The translations under genes were made by a program, and so were the position numbers. A stretch of 64,000 nt of DNA. Source: Octopus vulgaris (lineage: Eukaryota). The notes beneath the pieces are model-generated. The model was not told where the DNA came from. It saw only the letters and a list, made by a program, of their open reading frames with translations, and did not search any database. The stretch covers positions 127,906,001-127,970,000 of the forward strand of contig OX597814.1 of NCBI GenBank assembly GCA_951406725.2, written 5' to 3'. Each line of letters begins with the position of its first letter. Position 1 is the first letter of the stretch. Shown here piece after piece: positions 25,894 to 39,920 of this stretch.

Positions 25894-26684
25894 TAATGAT
25901 CCTTTCTACTATAGGCATAGGCCTGAAATTGTGTAGGAGACTGCTAGTTGATTACATCGGTCCCACTGATAGTGTAGTCCTAGTTATACTAAAATGTACT
26001 TATTTTATTAACCCCAAAATCATTAAAGGTAAAGTTGACCATGGTGGTTCTTGATTTAGGCACAAGGCTGATAAATTTTGACGAGAGGAGGTGATTGAAT
26101 GCTGTTGCATCCACTACTTGATTGGTACTTTATTTTATTGACTCCTGGTGAGATAAAAGGTAAAGTCAACCTCAGTAGGAATCGAACTCAGAATACAAAG
26201 ATTTGGAAAAAATACTAGAAGGTATTTTGTCCAGCAAAATGCTTTGTGTTATCCAACTCTGTTCTATCAAATCCTGATTACTTAAATAGGTACACAGTCA
26301 GAAATTTGAGGGGAGGGGCTTAGCCAATTATATTGACCCAGTACTTGACTGTTTATATGTTGCCTTGCTTAGTGTTGCTGCATAATGAATAGCTATCTTA
26401 AAATGATATCGAAGAAAAATTCAGGCATTTTCGGAATATTTTTTCAAAATTTGCTATAATAAAAATCATAGAGGCTACTTCTCCTTCTATATCCCACCAA
26501 GTGTGAAATTGGTGAGTGAAAAGTTATCAAATAGGATGCTGAGAGTAAAACCCTTCTATTACAATCACCATCTGTTGTTGATTGTAGCCATGTTGCTTGC
26601 CTCTTTAGCTACGTGACCAGAAAAATAAGGATCACAAATTTCTGTAGTCAAAGAGACATTGATATGTATATGTATATATTTATG

Positions 26685-26758
<74 letters not shown>

Positions 26759-26766
26759 TGTATGTA

Positions 26767-26813
<47 letters not shown>

Positions 26814-26818
26814 GTATG

Positions 26819-26862
<44 letters not shown>

Positions 26863-27100
26863 CATACATACTCAAACATACACACGCACGCACATATATA
26901 TATGTATATATATGTATATATATGTGTGTGTATGAATATGTATATATATTTAAGTACATGTATATACACAAATATACATAAATATACAATATATATCTAT
27001 GTATATGTTTATGTCTATCTATCTGTATATGTATGTATATATATATATATATATATACATACATACATTGTGTGTGTGTGTTTTTTTTTTGTGTGTGTTT

Positions 27101-27187
<87 letters not shown>

Positions 27188-27484
27188 AAAAAAACACACA
27201 CACATTCATATACATACACACGTGTTGCCATAGCAACTTGACACTCAACTATATTTATTAGTGCCTACAGAATTCTTAGAAATCAAATATCCCACCGAAT
27301 CACCATCGTTAATTTTCACTGCCAGAAGTGCCAGGTTTTAAGTTACCAAAGCTGTCTTCTCAATACAATTGCTTCAATCTTTCTTATAGTTGAGTCTAGG
27401 AATGGAGAAACAGAGAGTGATGTGGTGATCGGGATGAGTGTTCAAGAATAATACATGTTCAGCTGTTACTATGAATGTGCATAT

Positions 27485-27485
<1 letters not shown>

Positions 27486-27519
<34 letters not shown>

Positions 27520-28085
27520 TGTCGTTTAACATCTGCTTTCCCTGCTGGAGTGGGTTGGATAGTTTGACTGAGGACCAGCAAGTCAGAAGGCTGCACCAGG
27601 CTCCAATCTAAATCTGGCAAGGTTTCTACAATTGGTTGCCCATCCTAATGCCAACCTCTCCGAGAGTGTAGTGGGTGCTTTTCATGGGCCACCAGCATGG
27701 GAGCCAGTTAGGCGGCACTGGCATCATCCACACTTGAATAGTGCTTTTTATGTGTCACTGGCACAGGAGCCAGTCATGTAGCACTGGCACGACCATGCTT
27801 GAATGATGCTTTTTATGTGTCACTGGCTAAGGACTTGCGAACCAGATGGCTGCACCAGGCTTTAATCTTGATCTAGCAGAGTTTCTTCAGCTGGATGCCT
27901 TTCCTAATGCGAAGCACGCTGAGAGTGTAGTGGGTGCTTTTATGTGCCACCGGCATGGGGGTTAGTCAGGTGGTACTGGCAACAGCCATGCTCAAATGGT
28001 GTTTTTTACATGCCTCCTGCACAAGAGCCAGTTCAGTGGCACTGGCAACAACCTCGCTTGAACATTTTTTCATGTGTCACCAGCA
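27486..28085 (-). mobile_element. Two tandem RTE-tail copies
   Basis: (CAT)n followed twice by the conserved tail. Confidence 0.85.
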
Positions 28086-28129
28086 TATAAGCCAGTCAGT
28101 ACATTCCTGTGTATACACATACATATGTA

Positions 28130-28336
28130 TGCAAATGTGACCGCGTGTGTACCGTTGGCGATTTTTTTCCCTTTGTCTTCCCTCTCTGGATCTATCCTTC
28201 TCCTATGTTTCCGACGAAGAGCTCCACTCGAAATGTTAAACCCTCCTTCTTTCCTGAGCTTCCAATAATACTATATTTGTTCCATGTCCTCGCGTTGTTG
28301 TGTTTTTTTTTGTGCTTTCTTGTTTAGATTAACTTT
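28130..28336 (+). mobile_element. Hammerhead-like short element, family A
   Basis: gttt-CCGACGA-A-gagc tcc actc-GAAA-tg-tt-aaac at 28207-28241; 3' end joins (TA)n. Confidence 0.75.
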
Positions 28337-28359
28337 ATATATATATATATATATATGTG

Positions 28360-29611
28360 TAGGGTGTCCCAAAAATATGTATACACACTTTAAATAATTG
28401 TAAAGTAGGTGTTTATTAAAATACATTTCGTTATCAAAACTTAATAAAATCTACAGACGTTATTTTATTGTTTTGTGAATGCCTTTTGTCAAACTGATGT
28501 CTGTTCTGGTCCAGACACAGCTGACAGTGTGAAGCAATGGAATTGCGAGCATCACGAAACAACTCATTTGGTATTTGTGTACATTCTTGTTCATTGGCTG
28601 CTCTCAAATCAGCAACTGTTGCAGGTTTCATAGCATAGACTTTGTCTTTTAGGTATGCCCATACAAAAAAAAAAAGTCTAGTTGTGTGAGGACTGGTGAA
28701 TGGGGAGGATATTCAATGAAACCCTTTCGTCCAATCCACCTGTTTGGCAAGATCTCATCAAGGAAAGATCTTACACCACAATGGTACGTGGGATGGGGGG
28801 TACCCCATCTTACTGAAAATAAAACTCCTCATCTTCTCTAATGCTTGGCATGACAGACTGTTGCAGCAAGTTCAAGTAAACAGGACCAGTTATGGTAGCA
28901 TCAAAAAAGAATGGTCTTGATGATAAGCCACACCACACTGTAACTACGGGTAAATTAACATGGTATTCCACCATAACATGTGGATTCTTGGGTCCCCAGT
29001 AGGTGCAATTGTGACAGTCAATTGAACCATTTAATTTGAATGTGGCCTCATCACTCCACACAATCTTTGTTGGAAAGTGTGCATCTTCTACACATCATGG
29101 CAAGTACCACTCACAACACGGCACTCTTTGGTCTGGATCATCGTCATTAATAACATGGACTAATCCTGGAATGTAACTTTTCCATTGACAACACTTCAAA
29201 ATGTGTTGGTCAGACGATTTTGAAATACCTACCTCACGGCTTACCGCACAGATTTTCTTGGACTTTGGTGATACGTTTCTAGGACTCCTTGCTTTGTGGG
29301 GGTTGTCGATGTTTGTGGTCTTCTGGAACACTTCTTGTAGACATTCTGAACAGTTCCATCGGCTTCAAACTTACCTCTAATTCGAGTGATGGTAAGTCAT
29401 GCTGGTGGATCTGTTTGAAACTCCTTCCTAAACTGTCTTTGCACTTCAACTGCGTTTTTCACACTTCCAGTAGCATTTTAGGATGAATTTCCTTTGTTCA
29501 AAGCTTAGTCTGACTGCCACCATTAATTCCAATGGGTTTAATCTGAAAAGAAAAAACATCAGTTAAGTTATCAGCTGCTGAAGTGCGTATACACTTTTTT
29601 TGGACATCCTG
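28360..29611 (-). mobile_element. Tc1/mariner transposon, probably DD41D (rosa/Visitor) type, degenerate
   Basis: TIRs agggtgtcccaaaaatatgtatacacactt / aagtgcgtatacacttttttggacatcctg; [36 protein letters not shown]. Confidence 0.88.
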
Positions 29612-29635
29612 TATATATATGCATATATTTATATA

Positions 29636-29693
<58 letters not shown>

Positions 29694-29708
29694 CATACAT
29701 ACATACAA

Positions 29709-29752
<44 letters not shown>

Positions 29753-29851
29753 ATATATATGTGTATATATATATGTATATATATATGTGTGTATATATAT
29801 ATATGTATATATATGTATGTATATATATGTATATATATATATATGCATATA

Positions 29852-29904
<53 letters not shown>

Positions 29905-29977
29905 TCTTTTACTCTTTTACTTGTTTCAGCCATCCGGCTGAGGCCATGCTGGGGCACCGCCCTTGTTGCTACCCTCT

Positions 29978-30480
29978 CTAAGTCCAGTTTGCCGTGGCTG
30001 GCCACTGATCTAAGAGAGAGTTTGTAGCTGCTGCCCTTAGGTTACCTTCGTACCTTGCAGTGGGTTCATCTGGGATCCCAGAAAGCAGCTTGTCTAGATG
30101 TTTTTTGAAAATGTCCACATCCGCATCATGTAGATCTCTTAGTTTTCTTGGCAGTTTGTTGAAAAGCTGAGGGCCCCTGAACCCCAGGCTATTACAGTAT
30201 CTGCTCCTTACCCTGGATGTGGAAGACGGGACCTTTGGCACCACACAGTGACGTCCTGTACGGGGATTGGAACAGCTCTCAATTCCAAAATTTGGTGCTA
30301 GTCCCTCCAGGATTTTCCATATGTATATCACTGCATATCTCTCTCGTCTTCGTTCCAAGGAGTACAAATTGAGTTCCCTAAGCCTCTCCCAATAGTTCTT
30401 TTCTTTCATGGTGGAAATCCTCTTGGTGAAATGTCTTTGGATTGTCTCAAGCTCTGTGGTTAGTTTGACACTATGCGGTG
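29978..30480 (-). mobile_element. CR1-group LINE ORF2 C-terminus
   Basis: LETIQRHFTKRI..YWERLRELNLYSLERRRERY..GPQLFNKLP..IPDEP. Confidence 0.92.
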
Positions 30481-30960
30481 ACACTATATATATATATACA
30501 CACACACACATACACACACACACACACACACACTCACACGCATATATATGTTATTTTCTCTGTTTGTGCTCCTGAAGCTCTGTGTATATCAGAGATGGAT
30601 AGCTAGCTAGATAGATAGATAGATAGAGAGAGAAAGAGAGAGAGGGAGAGAGGAGGAGGAGGAGCAAGGAGTGAGGGAGAAGCAGAGTGTCTGTATTTTA
30701 TATGTGTTTAAAAGATAAGAAGGTCAAATTGAATTAAACGTTATGCATGTGAAATGTGCTGATGTGAGAGCCAAATAAAATTGGCAAGGCAGTATGGATG
30801 AATTATATTAACATATGTTTAAGCTTTAATTATTTATATACATGTAGATAAGTATTGGTTTTAACTGTGGCTGTGTAAGTATTGATTCTATATACACATC
30901 TGTAAACACTGGTTATATATACACAAGTGTGTAAGTGTTCAGTATAAACACATGTTTATG

Positions 30961-31128
30961 TGCAGGCATGGGTATGTGGTGAGAAGATGACTTTTCAATC
31001 GCATGGTTCTGGGTTCAATCTTACTGTGCGTCACCTTGGTCAAGTGTTTTTCACTTTAGCCTTGGGCCAACCAAAGCCTTGTGAGTGGATTTGGCAGATG
31101 GAAATTAAAGAAGCCAGTCATATGTATA

Positions 31129-31188
<60 letters not shown>

Positions 31189-31315
31189 TGTCTGTCTGTC
31201 TGTCCCCACCACTTCTTGACAACTGGTGTTGGTGTTTATGTCCCCTTAACTTAGCTGTTCAGATAAGAGACTGATAGAATAAGTACCATGCAGAAATAAA
31301 ATAATAATAATAATG

Positions 31316-31375
<60 letters not shown>

Positions 31376-31470
31376 TAAGTACTAGGATTGATTCCTTTGA
31401 CTAAAATTCTTTAAGGTAGTGCCCCAGCATGACCACAGTCCCAATGACTGAAAGAAGTAAAAGATAAAAG
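30961..31470 (+). mobile_element. CORE-like tRNA SINE with internal (TG)n and (AAT)n
   Basis: Similarity to 12702-13200. Confidence 0.85.
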
Positions 31471-32021
31471 ACATGTATGTGTTCCTGTACAAAATAGCAT
31501 TGTACAGGAATGCCATTTTGTACATGAATAAATGGTATTTGTACCTACTTTCAAGTAAGGTAAGGTAATGTTTCACCATGCTTGGACATGATTATGTGGA
31601 AGATTGAAATGAAGAACACCTCTTGCATGACAGTGACATACACTTAAAACTACTGCCTAATGTTAAGTCAAATAGACAGTAAAATAAGCAAACACACATG
31701 TATACATATCAAGTTGATCATTGGGGTGACCATGCTTTTCTGGTGATCTCATGAACTAGCTCTCTTAATTTCCACAGATTTGTGAATATACAATTGTATT
31801 GTATAATGTGGAGTACACATATAAGCAAACATGTAAGCATAATTTCTTCCTCAGTGGAAGAAAGTTGTGAAACAGCTGCAATCCTAAGGATGTTAAGTGG
31901 TTAGATAAATATATATTCACCTCTCATACATCCTCTGCTCTGTTATAGTCTATATATATACACATATGTATAAAAAATATATGTGTATATATTTATATGC
32001 ATATTTATGTATATATATATG

Positions 32022-32066
<45 letters not shown>

Positions 32067-32067
<1 letters not shown>

Positions 32068-32245
32068 ACAAAGTGAAGTTGTAAGGTACCGCACGAGTGG
32101 AAATATATTTGAAAGAAGGTTTGAAAATGCAATTTGAAAAGATGTTTATTCACTTGACTGGTTTCACTTTTTTAGAAAAAGATTGTCAAAAGTAACATGT
32201 AAAAGCTTTGTTGTGTTAAGTACTGGTTGTCACAAAATATTACAA
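32067..32245 (-). mobile_element. Short element in (TA)n with a degenerate U3-A8 hammerhead-like motif
   Basis: Minus strand ctt-TTGACAA-tctttttctaaaaaagt-GAAA-ccag-TC-aag (32153-32192). Confidence 0.5.
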
Positions 32246-32577
32246 TATATATATATATATAACCCATGCTAGCATGGAGAACGGACGTTAAACGATGATG
32301 ATGATGATACATTCTTTGATAATAATAAGAAAATGCTAAAAACAGTTTACAAGGAAAAATCTTGAGAAAATATTAAAAAGTTCATTGAAAATATTAGGAT
32401 TTCATTAAAAATCATGTTTGTTTGGAAGTATCTATATATATACACAGAAAAGTATAAGTTCAAAAAGGTCATATTTTGGTGGTATATATATATATATATA
32501 TACACACAGAAAGAGCTATATTTAGGAGTTTACAAAGAATTTGAGATGGACTGACCTGTATATATATATATATATAT

Positions 32578-33737
32578 GTAATGTGAGTGTGCATACACGA
32601 CAGAGTGTGAGCACCCTGAGAGAAAAGTTGGACATAAGAAACATCAAATGTGGTGTGGAAGAGAGACAACTGCACAGGTATGGTCATGTGTTATGTATGG
32701 ATGAGGACAGCTGTGTAAGGAAGTGCCACAACCTAACTGTGGGAGGAACCTGTGGAAGAGGTAGACCCAAGAAGACATGGGATGAGGTGGTGAAGTTTTG
32801 GAAATGGAAGGAGGCATTTGAAAGCAAGGGTTTGAAGGTAAACTTCAGGAAAACAAAGGTGATGGTGAGCAGGGTGTTAGTGAGTAAGGTGGATCCATAT
32901 GATATATGTGGGAGCAGGGTAATGGCAAATGCAGTGTTGTGTATGGGATGTGAGAAATGGATTCATGGTAGATGTATGAAAATGAAGAAGGTGACCCCAA
33001 GACTAGCAAGAGAGTTTGTTTGTGGAAGATGTGAGAAAGGAGCTGGAGGGCTGGCAGAACCAGTGGGAATGCTATGTGATGAAGTGGAAACAGTGGGAGG
33101 GTTTTTTATTTAGGAGATAGGGTGGATGTAAGTGGTGGATGTGAAGCAGCTGTGACAGCAAGAGCAAGACTTGGTTGGGTGAAGTTCAGGGATTGTGGAG
33201 CATTGTTATATGGGAAAAGGTTCTCATTAAAGATGAAAGGAAGGGTCTATAGGAGTTGTGTGAGAGCTGCAATGCTGTATGGGAGTGAGACATGGTGTCT
33301 GAGGGAGAGATAGATGGTAATTTTGAGAAGGACTGAGAGAGCAATGGTGAAAGAAATGTGTGGGGTGAAGCTGTTTGATAAGAGGAGGACTGAGGATTTG
33401 AAGGGAATGCTAGGGTTGGAGGAATCGATGGAATGGTTGGCAAGGGCGAATGGAGTGCGGTGGTATGGGCGTGAGTTGAGGAGGGATGAAGAGCATGTTC
33501 TGAGGAGGGTGATTGCACTTGAGGTAAACGGAGCATGAAAGAGAGGTAGACTGAAGAAAAGGTAGAGGGGACAGGTAGAGGAGAAGATTGGAAGGGTTGG
33601 TTTAAAAAAGGAGGACACCCAAAATTGGGCAAGATGGTGAGATGGTGTGAGGGCGGTTGCTATGGCATTAAGGTAGATCCGGCCAACCCCGTTAACGGGG
33701 GAAAAACCTGGATTTAAAACACTGGATGATGATGATG
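32578..33737 (+). mobile_element. Two fused RTE LINE 3' fragments
   Basis: GRGRPKKTWDEVVK, then KGLKVNFRKTKVMV, CDIC..CMGCEKWIHGRC..CGRC, MLYGSETW; ends in (GAT)n. Confidence 0.9.
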
Positions 33738-34076
33738 GAGCTGAATATTGGGGTTGATGTAATTAATTTAACCCTTGCCCCCAAAATTGCTGGCCTTGTG
33801 CCAAAAATTGAAACCATTGTTAGATGCAAGTCTCATGATATATCTCACATGATCAAAGAATGTGTCATCATTTTTATCAAAAATTACTTCACTGGCCATC
33901 TAGGATGGTATGAGTCACATAAAGTGTATTGTATGGAAAGACCACAGAGGATGTATTTCATATGAAAAAAATAGTTTCAAAGTTATTACTGCTGCTTATA
34001 TCTCTTGCCAATTAAACTAAACCTACAGATGCTGTTTATTTGAGTAGCTTATATATATATACTCCTGTCACAACCT

Positions 34077-34120
34077 GGGACCCTGAAGACTGCTATAATG
34101 CAAGAAAGTATACTAGTCCC
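34077..34120 (+). ncRNA. Type I hammerhead-like motif in a short element between (TA)n tracts (34062-34282)
   Basis: gggac(c)-CTGAAGA-c tgc tataat gca a-GAAA-gtatac-TA-gtccc. Confidence 0.65.
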
Positions 34121-34504
34121 TTAATATTTTATATTTTATATTCAATATTTCATCTATTCAATAATACTTCATTACATTTTACTATATATATATTATTTAT
34201 ACTATATATTCTATATTCTACATTAATATTATAAAGACTATAAATAAAACATAAAAAACAGAGTTGGAATTTCTTTGAATAATATATATATATATATATA
34301 TATATATTTTTTATATACACCACACACATAGCACATATATATGAGACATACTATATAAGTACATCCTATGATGTACTTAGTAGATTAGTAACAAACCTGT
34401 GGTTCAATCTCTACCAGAAGTTGCTGAAAAGGTTCTCATGGAATCTAATTTCACAGCAAGAATAAATATATGTGGATATGATTCCATGTGTGTACATGCA
34501 CACA

Positions 34505-34570
<66 letters not shown>

Positions 34571-34884
34571 CATAAATAAAAATATGATGATTTATATATA
34601 TATATAAATATATAAATATATTCATAAACCAAAAATAGTAAATAGATCTTCTGTCACTTTCAACAATGTGTATTTTAATTGTTCATTCAACTAAATTCAT
34701 TCCAACTCATTATATTAGTATGTAAGCTGCCACTGAATTTCCACAGACACATGTACTCTTAATATAATTTGCAAACAAATCAGCAAATCACAGTGTCAGC
34801 TGAAGCTGCCTCTTAGAATTACTGGTATAGGTCATCTAAAAGGCCTCCAACTTATCTCCCCAATTTTACTCACAAGTTTATGTC

Positions 34885-35228
34885 AGCTTGAGGCTATCAT
34901 GTCTTCTACTATAGTCTCGGACCAACCAAAGCCATGTGAGTAGATTTGGTGGACGGAAACTGAAAGAAGCTCGTCGTAAATATGTATATGTATATCTATA
35001 TATATGTATGTGTGTGTATAGGTTTGTGTGTCTGTGTTTGTCCCCCCCAACAGCGCTTGACAACCAATGCTGGTGTGTTTACGTCCCTGTAACTTAGCAG
35101 TTCAGCAAAAGAGACCGATAGAATAAATACTAGGCTTACAAAGAATAAGTCCTGGGGTCAATTTGCTCAACTAAAGGCGGTGCTCCAGCATGGCCCCAGT
35201 CAAATGACTGAAACAAGTAAAAGAGTTA
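34885..35228 (+). mobile_element. 5'-truncated CORE-like SINE
   Basis: Similarity to 12702-13200. Confidence 0.88.
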
Positions 35229-35411
35229 AGATGCTACACACTGAAATTATTAAGTAAACATCTCAGTTCCATTATAAATACATATGGGTACAAGAATGGC
35301 TGTGTGGTTAAAATATTTGCTTCACAACCATATGGTTTTTGGGCTCAGTTCCACTGTGCAACACCTTGGGTAGATGTTTTAATCCAAGCGAGTGAATTTA
35401 TTGGTAAAACC

Positions 35412-35480
<69 letters not shown>

Positions 35481-37373
35481 ATTAAATAATAAGGGTAGAA
35501 ATTGATATTAATCAATTAAAACCAGTGGCTTAGGATATCTAAAAAATCTGAAGATTAAAAATTGTGTTACATACAAATTTTAGAGGAATGACCTCTAAAG
35601 TGGACATCCAATATGCTAAACATAGACGTCAAATCGCCATTACCACGAAGAATAGGTTCACAAGAAAAATCTCAGCAAAAAAACAAAATATAAAAATAAG
35701 CAAGACAAATGAAAATATACGAAATAAAAAACATTTTTTATTGCTTTTTAAAATGCAAATTGTATCTTTTCGTTGTCAAGTCACTGTGTTTAATTGAAAG
35801 GTAAGAGTTTCTTTCCTTTCAGGGTTAAGTTATTCTCGGAGAATTTTCCCATTATGCACAAGTTTGGCTGAGTAACATTGCAAGCAAGCAAGATTCAAGC
35901 TCACTTTTAATGTATTATATATACATACATAAACACATGCATACACATGCACACACACATGCACACAGATGCAGATATGGCTGTGAGGTTTAGAAGCTTG
36001 CTTCCCAACCTTGTAGTTTCAAGTTGAGTCCTACTGTATAGCACTCTGAGCAAGTGTCTTCTACTCAGATAAGGGATCTTGCCTTGTGAATTACTTGTTG
36101 ACCCCACTAATGCTTGTGCCATAGATAAAACAACCAGTACACTCTGTAAAGTGAATGGAGTTACAAAGGGCATCCAGCTGTAGAAACCATGTCAAAGCAG
36201 ACACTGGAGCTTGACACAGCCCTGTGGTTCATCAGACACTGTTAAACCTTCTAATAAAAGCGAGAATGGAAGTCAGACATGTAAAGATGATGGTGATAAT
36301 GATATAATGATGATAAAGAAAGTGAGTTGTCTTGTGGATAAGGTACTGAGGTCATCCCGAACTCCTGAAGAGTGGGTCCTTGAGCAAAGCACTTCATTTC
36401 ATGTAGTTCTTCTCAGTTTTAACAGCTAGGTACTGATAGCCCACACCTCTCTCTATTTGTCCCCTTCTCTTTATCTCTCTACCTAGCTCTCTCTAGCAGT
36501 TACATCCTCAATATTCAGATAAGTCTTATGCTTGGGACTACATAGGCACTTACAGAAATTTCTGGAATTATTTATTTTCAATCTCCTGTTTTGGTTGCAA
36601 AAAATATTTTCCAGTATCTTTCAACTCTTATGCATATCCCACACATCTACATACAATTTTGGAGTATTGGAATAAGCAGATGTGCTTCAAGAGAACACAG
36701 CTTGGATTATAATCCTATCTGCATCATCATCACCATTTAACATCTGTTCTCCATGCTGGCATGAGTTGGATGGTTTGACAGGAGCTAGCAACCTACTGTT
36801 TGACATCCATTTTATTTTATTACTAGCTGACTCTGTGCTGACAAAAATGACAGCTAATTGTAGTATTTTATATATAAATAAGGTATAAAATAAGGTACAT
36901 AATAATCACAAATACAAACATTCACATACTTCCCTTGCACACACACACACACACATACACAAATACTCAAACAGAGTTGAAATGCTGTTTGATTTTTCTG
37001 TATTGAACATTCACCATCACATTTCCATTGCATATATACACACACACACACAAACATTCGCAATCTTGCCTTTTACATACACACATATACTCACACAGAG
37101 TTGAAACACTGACTTTTTTCACCCTTTCCTTCAATATTCATCTATCATCCTTTCCTTTCTTATGTGTTGTGATAGAGAATAATAGAAAATACACAACATG
37201 TTCTTTGCTACTTCCTTTCTCTCATTGCTATTACTTTCTATCACTCTCTCTCAGTCAGAGCTATTACTCTCACTACTTCTCCTTCACTGAATTATTATTT
37301 TCTTTCCTCTCCCTTCACTTATACTCCTCTTTCTCCTACTCCATCCTACTCCTACTCTGTGATTTTGGACAAA

Positions 37374-37480
<107 letters not shown>

Positions 37481-37566
37481 TTATAAATATAAAAAAAACA
37501 TTATGCCCATTATTATATTAGGAGATATTTTTTGTGTGTGCACATGTGTGCGTGTGTGTATGTATA

Positions 37567-37610
<44 letters not shown>

Positions 37611-37760
37611 TATATACATATATAATATATGGGTAGGTTGGTGTAAATGGTAGGACACTTGTGAAAACATAGAGGTGTGCGTTCGAGTTCCGCACATATG
37701 GAAACTTACTTTTTTTTCCATCAAGGGCTTATATGTCCTAATATTAAACTATTTTCTTTA

Positions 37761-38385
37761 TAGGCATAGGTGTGCCCATATGGTAAGAAGCTTGCTCCCC
37801 AATAACGTGGTCCTGGATTCAGTTCCACTGCGTGGCACCTTGAGCAAGTGTCTTCTACTATAGCCTCAGGCCAACCAAACCCTTGTGAGTGGATTTGGTT
37901 GACAGAAACTGAAAGAGGCCTGCCATTGTAAAGATCATGCAGAAACTGACCTTGCCTGTGCTCGTGCCACATAAAAAGCACTCAGTCCACTCTGCTGAGG
38001 GGGTGGGGCTGATGTTATGAAGGGCATCCAACTGTAAAAGCCCTGCCAAAATAGACACAGAAGTCTGGTGCAGTCTTCTGCCTGGCCAGCTCCTGTCAAA
38101 CTGTCAAACCCATACCAGCATGGAAGACAGACGTTAAATGATGACAACGACGACGATGATGATGAATATATCTATGTGTGTGTGTCTGTGTTTGTCCCCA
38201 CCATCACTGCTTGACAACTGGTGTTGGTGTGTTTATGTCCCCATAACTTAGAGGTTCAGCAATATGATTGATAGAATACTAGGCTTTAAAAAATCCTGGG
38301 CTTAATTTGCTCAACTACAATCCTTCAACACAGTGCTCCAGCATGGCTGCAGTCAAATGACAGAAACATGTAAAAGAAGAAAAGA
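37761..38385 (+). mobile_element. CORE-like SINE with an RTE tail nested at ~37940-38165
   Basis: Head and tail of the SINE flank the conserved RTE tail. Confidence 0.8.
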
Positions 38386-38393
38386 TATATATA

Positions 38394-38771
38394 CACTTGC
38401 GTCAGAAATTAATTAGCACTTCTCAAATTTCTACATTAAATAGGTTAAATCAATTAACCTATGAGCTGTTCAAAACGTCTTACGCGATGAGAAAACTTAG
38501 TATGGTGTGATTTCGGTCCTTGCGAGGCGCTACCTATATCTATTAAACAAAGGAATTTGTCTGCATCCGCACTCCAAGTTGTTGTTGCACTGCTATGTCA
38601 ACATCATAAGGCTGTATACTCTCAAACTGCTCTGCGAACAAAGTTACGTCATCGTTCTGCGCAACAGTGAACTCGCAACAAAGCAATAGTTCGAGATATG
38701 GCCACTAGGTGACAGCACATACCTTGAGTGAAGAGCAAATCAAGGGTGCTAATTAATTTCTGACGGTAGTG
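38394..38771. mobile_element. Tc1/mariner-type MITE
   Basis: 26-bp TIR cacttgcgtcagaaattaattagcac / gtgctaattaatttctgacggtagtg flanked by TA. Confidence 0.9.
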
Positions 38772-38774
38772 TAT

Positions 38775-39032
38775 GTGTGTGCTGGTAGCACGTAAAAAGC
38801 ACCATCCGATCGTGGTCGATGCCAGCTCCTCTGGCCCCTGTGCTGGTGGCATGTAAAAGCACCTACTACACTCTCGGAGTGGTTGGTGTTAGGAAGGGCA
38901 TCCAGCTGTAGAAACACTGTCAGATCAGACTAGGGCCTGGTGCAGCCTCCTGGCTTCCCAGACCCCAGTCGAACCGTCCAACCCATGCCAGCATGGAAAA
39001 CGGACGTTAAATGATGAAGAGGATGATGATGA
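38775..39032 (+). mobile_element. RTE 3' tail
   Basis: Conserved tail with (GAT)n. Confidence 0.85.
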
Positions 39033-39229
39033 TACACACATGATACATATACCCCTTTGTTTTTTGACCTGGCTGGATACAAACAAGCTAGTTGTCATAA
39101 AGGAGTGCCTTATGACAGCTAACTTGCCATTGCTTGTTATTCACCACACATACACACACACACACGCGCACGCACAAACACACTTGACATCCTTGCACAC
39201 ACCCACACCCACACGCACCCACACACATT

Positions 39230-39502
39230 CCCTTTTTTTTAAAACTCTCTTGCTTTTAAAAATCTACCTCTCAACTTCTGTTCTTTCAACATGTGATCTC
39301 TTGAGCACCACCAGCAAAAGTATTTTTTCCTCTGTTTTCCCTTCTTGGGATCTTTCCTTCTCCTTGTTTCCGACGAAGAGCTCTGCTCGAAACGTTAAAC
39401 CCTCCTTCCCTTCTTTCCTGAGCGTCAATAATACTTTAATTGTTCCACGTCCTCACGTTGCTGTGTTTTTTTTCTCTTTTTTCTGTGTTTTCTTGTTTGG
39501 AT

Positions 39503-39507
<5 letters not shown>
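39230..39507 (+). mobile_element. Hammerhead-like short element, family A (best-preserved motif)
   Basis: gttt-CCGACGA-A-gagc tct gctc-GAAA-cg-TT-aaac at 39366-39400; 3' end ttggattaac joins (TA)n. Confidence 0.8.
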
Positions 39508-39552
<45 letters not shown>

Positions 39553-39689
39553 CACACACATAAATACATACACACATATATATGTGTATGTATAGGCATA
39601 TATGTATAGCTATCTACCTATATCTAAATATCTACCTATCTATATATTTTTTTCCATACATACTCACGTATATTGAAATGCTTTAATCC

Positions 39690-39920
39690 TGAAGATGTAA
39701 CGTTTCACATTTCTGAAGAATACATTGCACATGTGATCAGCAGCTGGCCAGCAATATTATGAATGCATCATGATGTTGATGCTAAAACAATATACAATGG
39801 AATTCGTGGGAAAGACTGCTTTGGGATAAATACAAATAATATGTGCTTCAACATTCCTGTTGAAGCGTTCCTATCAAAACGTCTGCCAAATGCAAAAATA
39901 TCAGGACTGATATAGTTGCT
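39690..39920 (+). mobile_element. Highly degenerate R4/Dong fragment
   Basis: HISEEYIAHVISSWP..MHHDVDAKTIYNGIRGKDC aligns by eye to the CCHC/RHD region at 9950-10090. Confidence 0.6.

Noticed and set aside
26390-27380. Possible mariner fragments flanking a large TA tract
   Set aside because: Too degenerate to support by eye
35545-35600. CTGAAGA followed by a hairpin
   Set aside because: No GAAA or stem III, so it cannot be called a hammerhead
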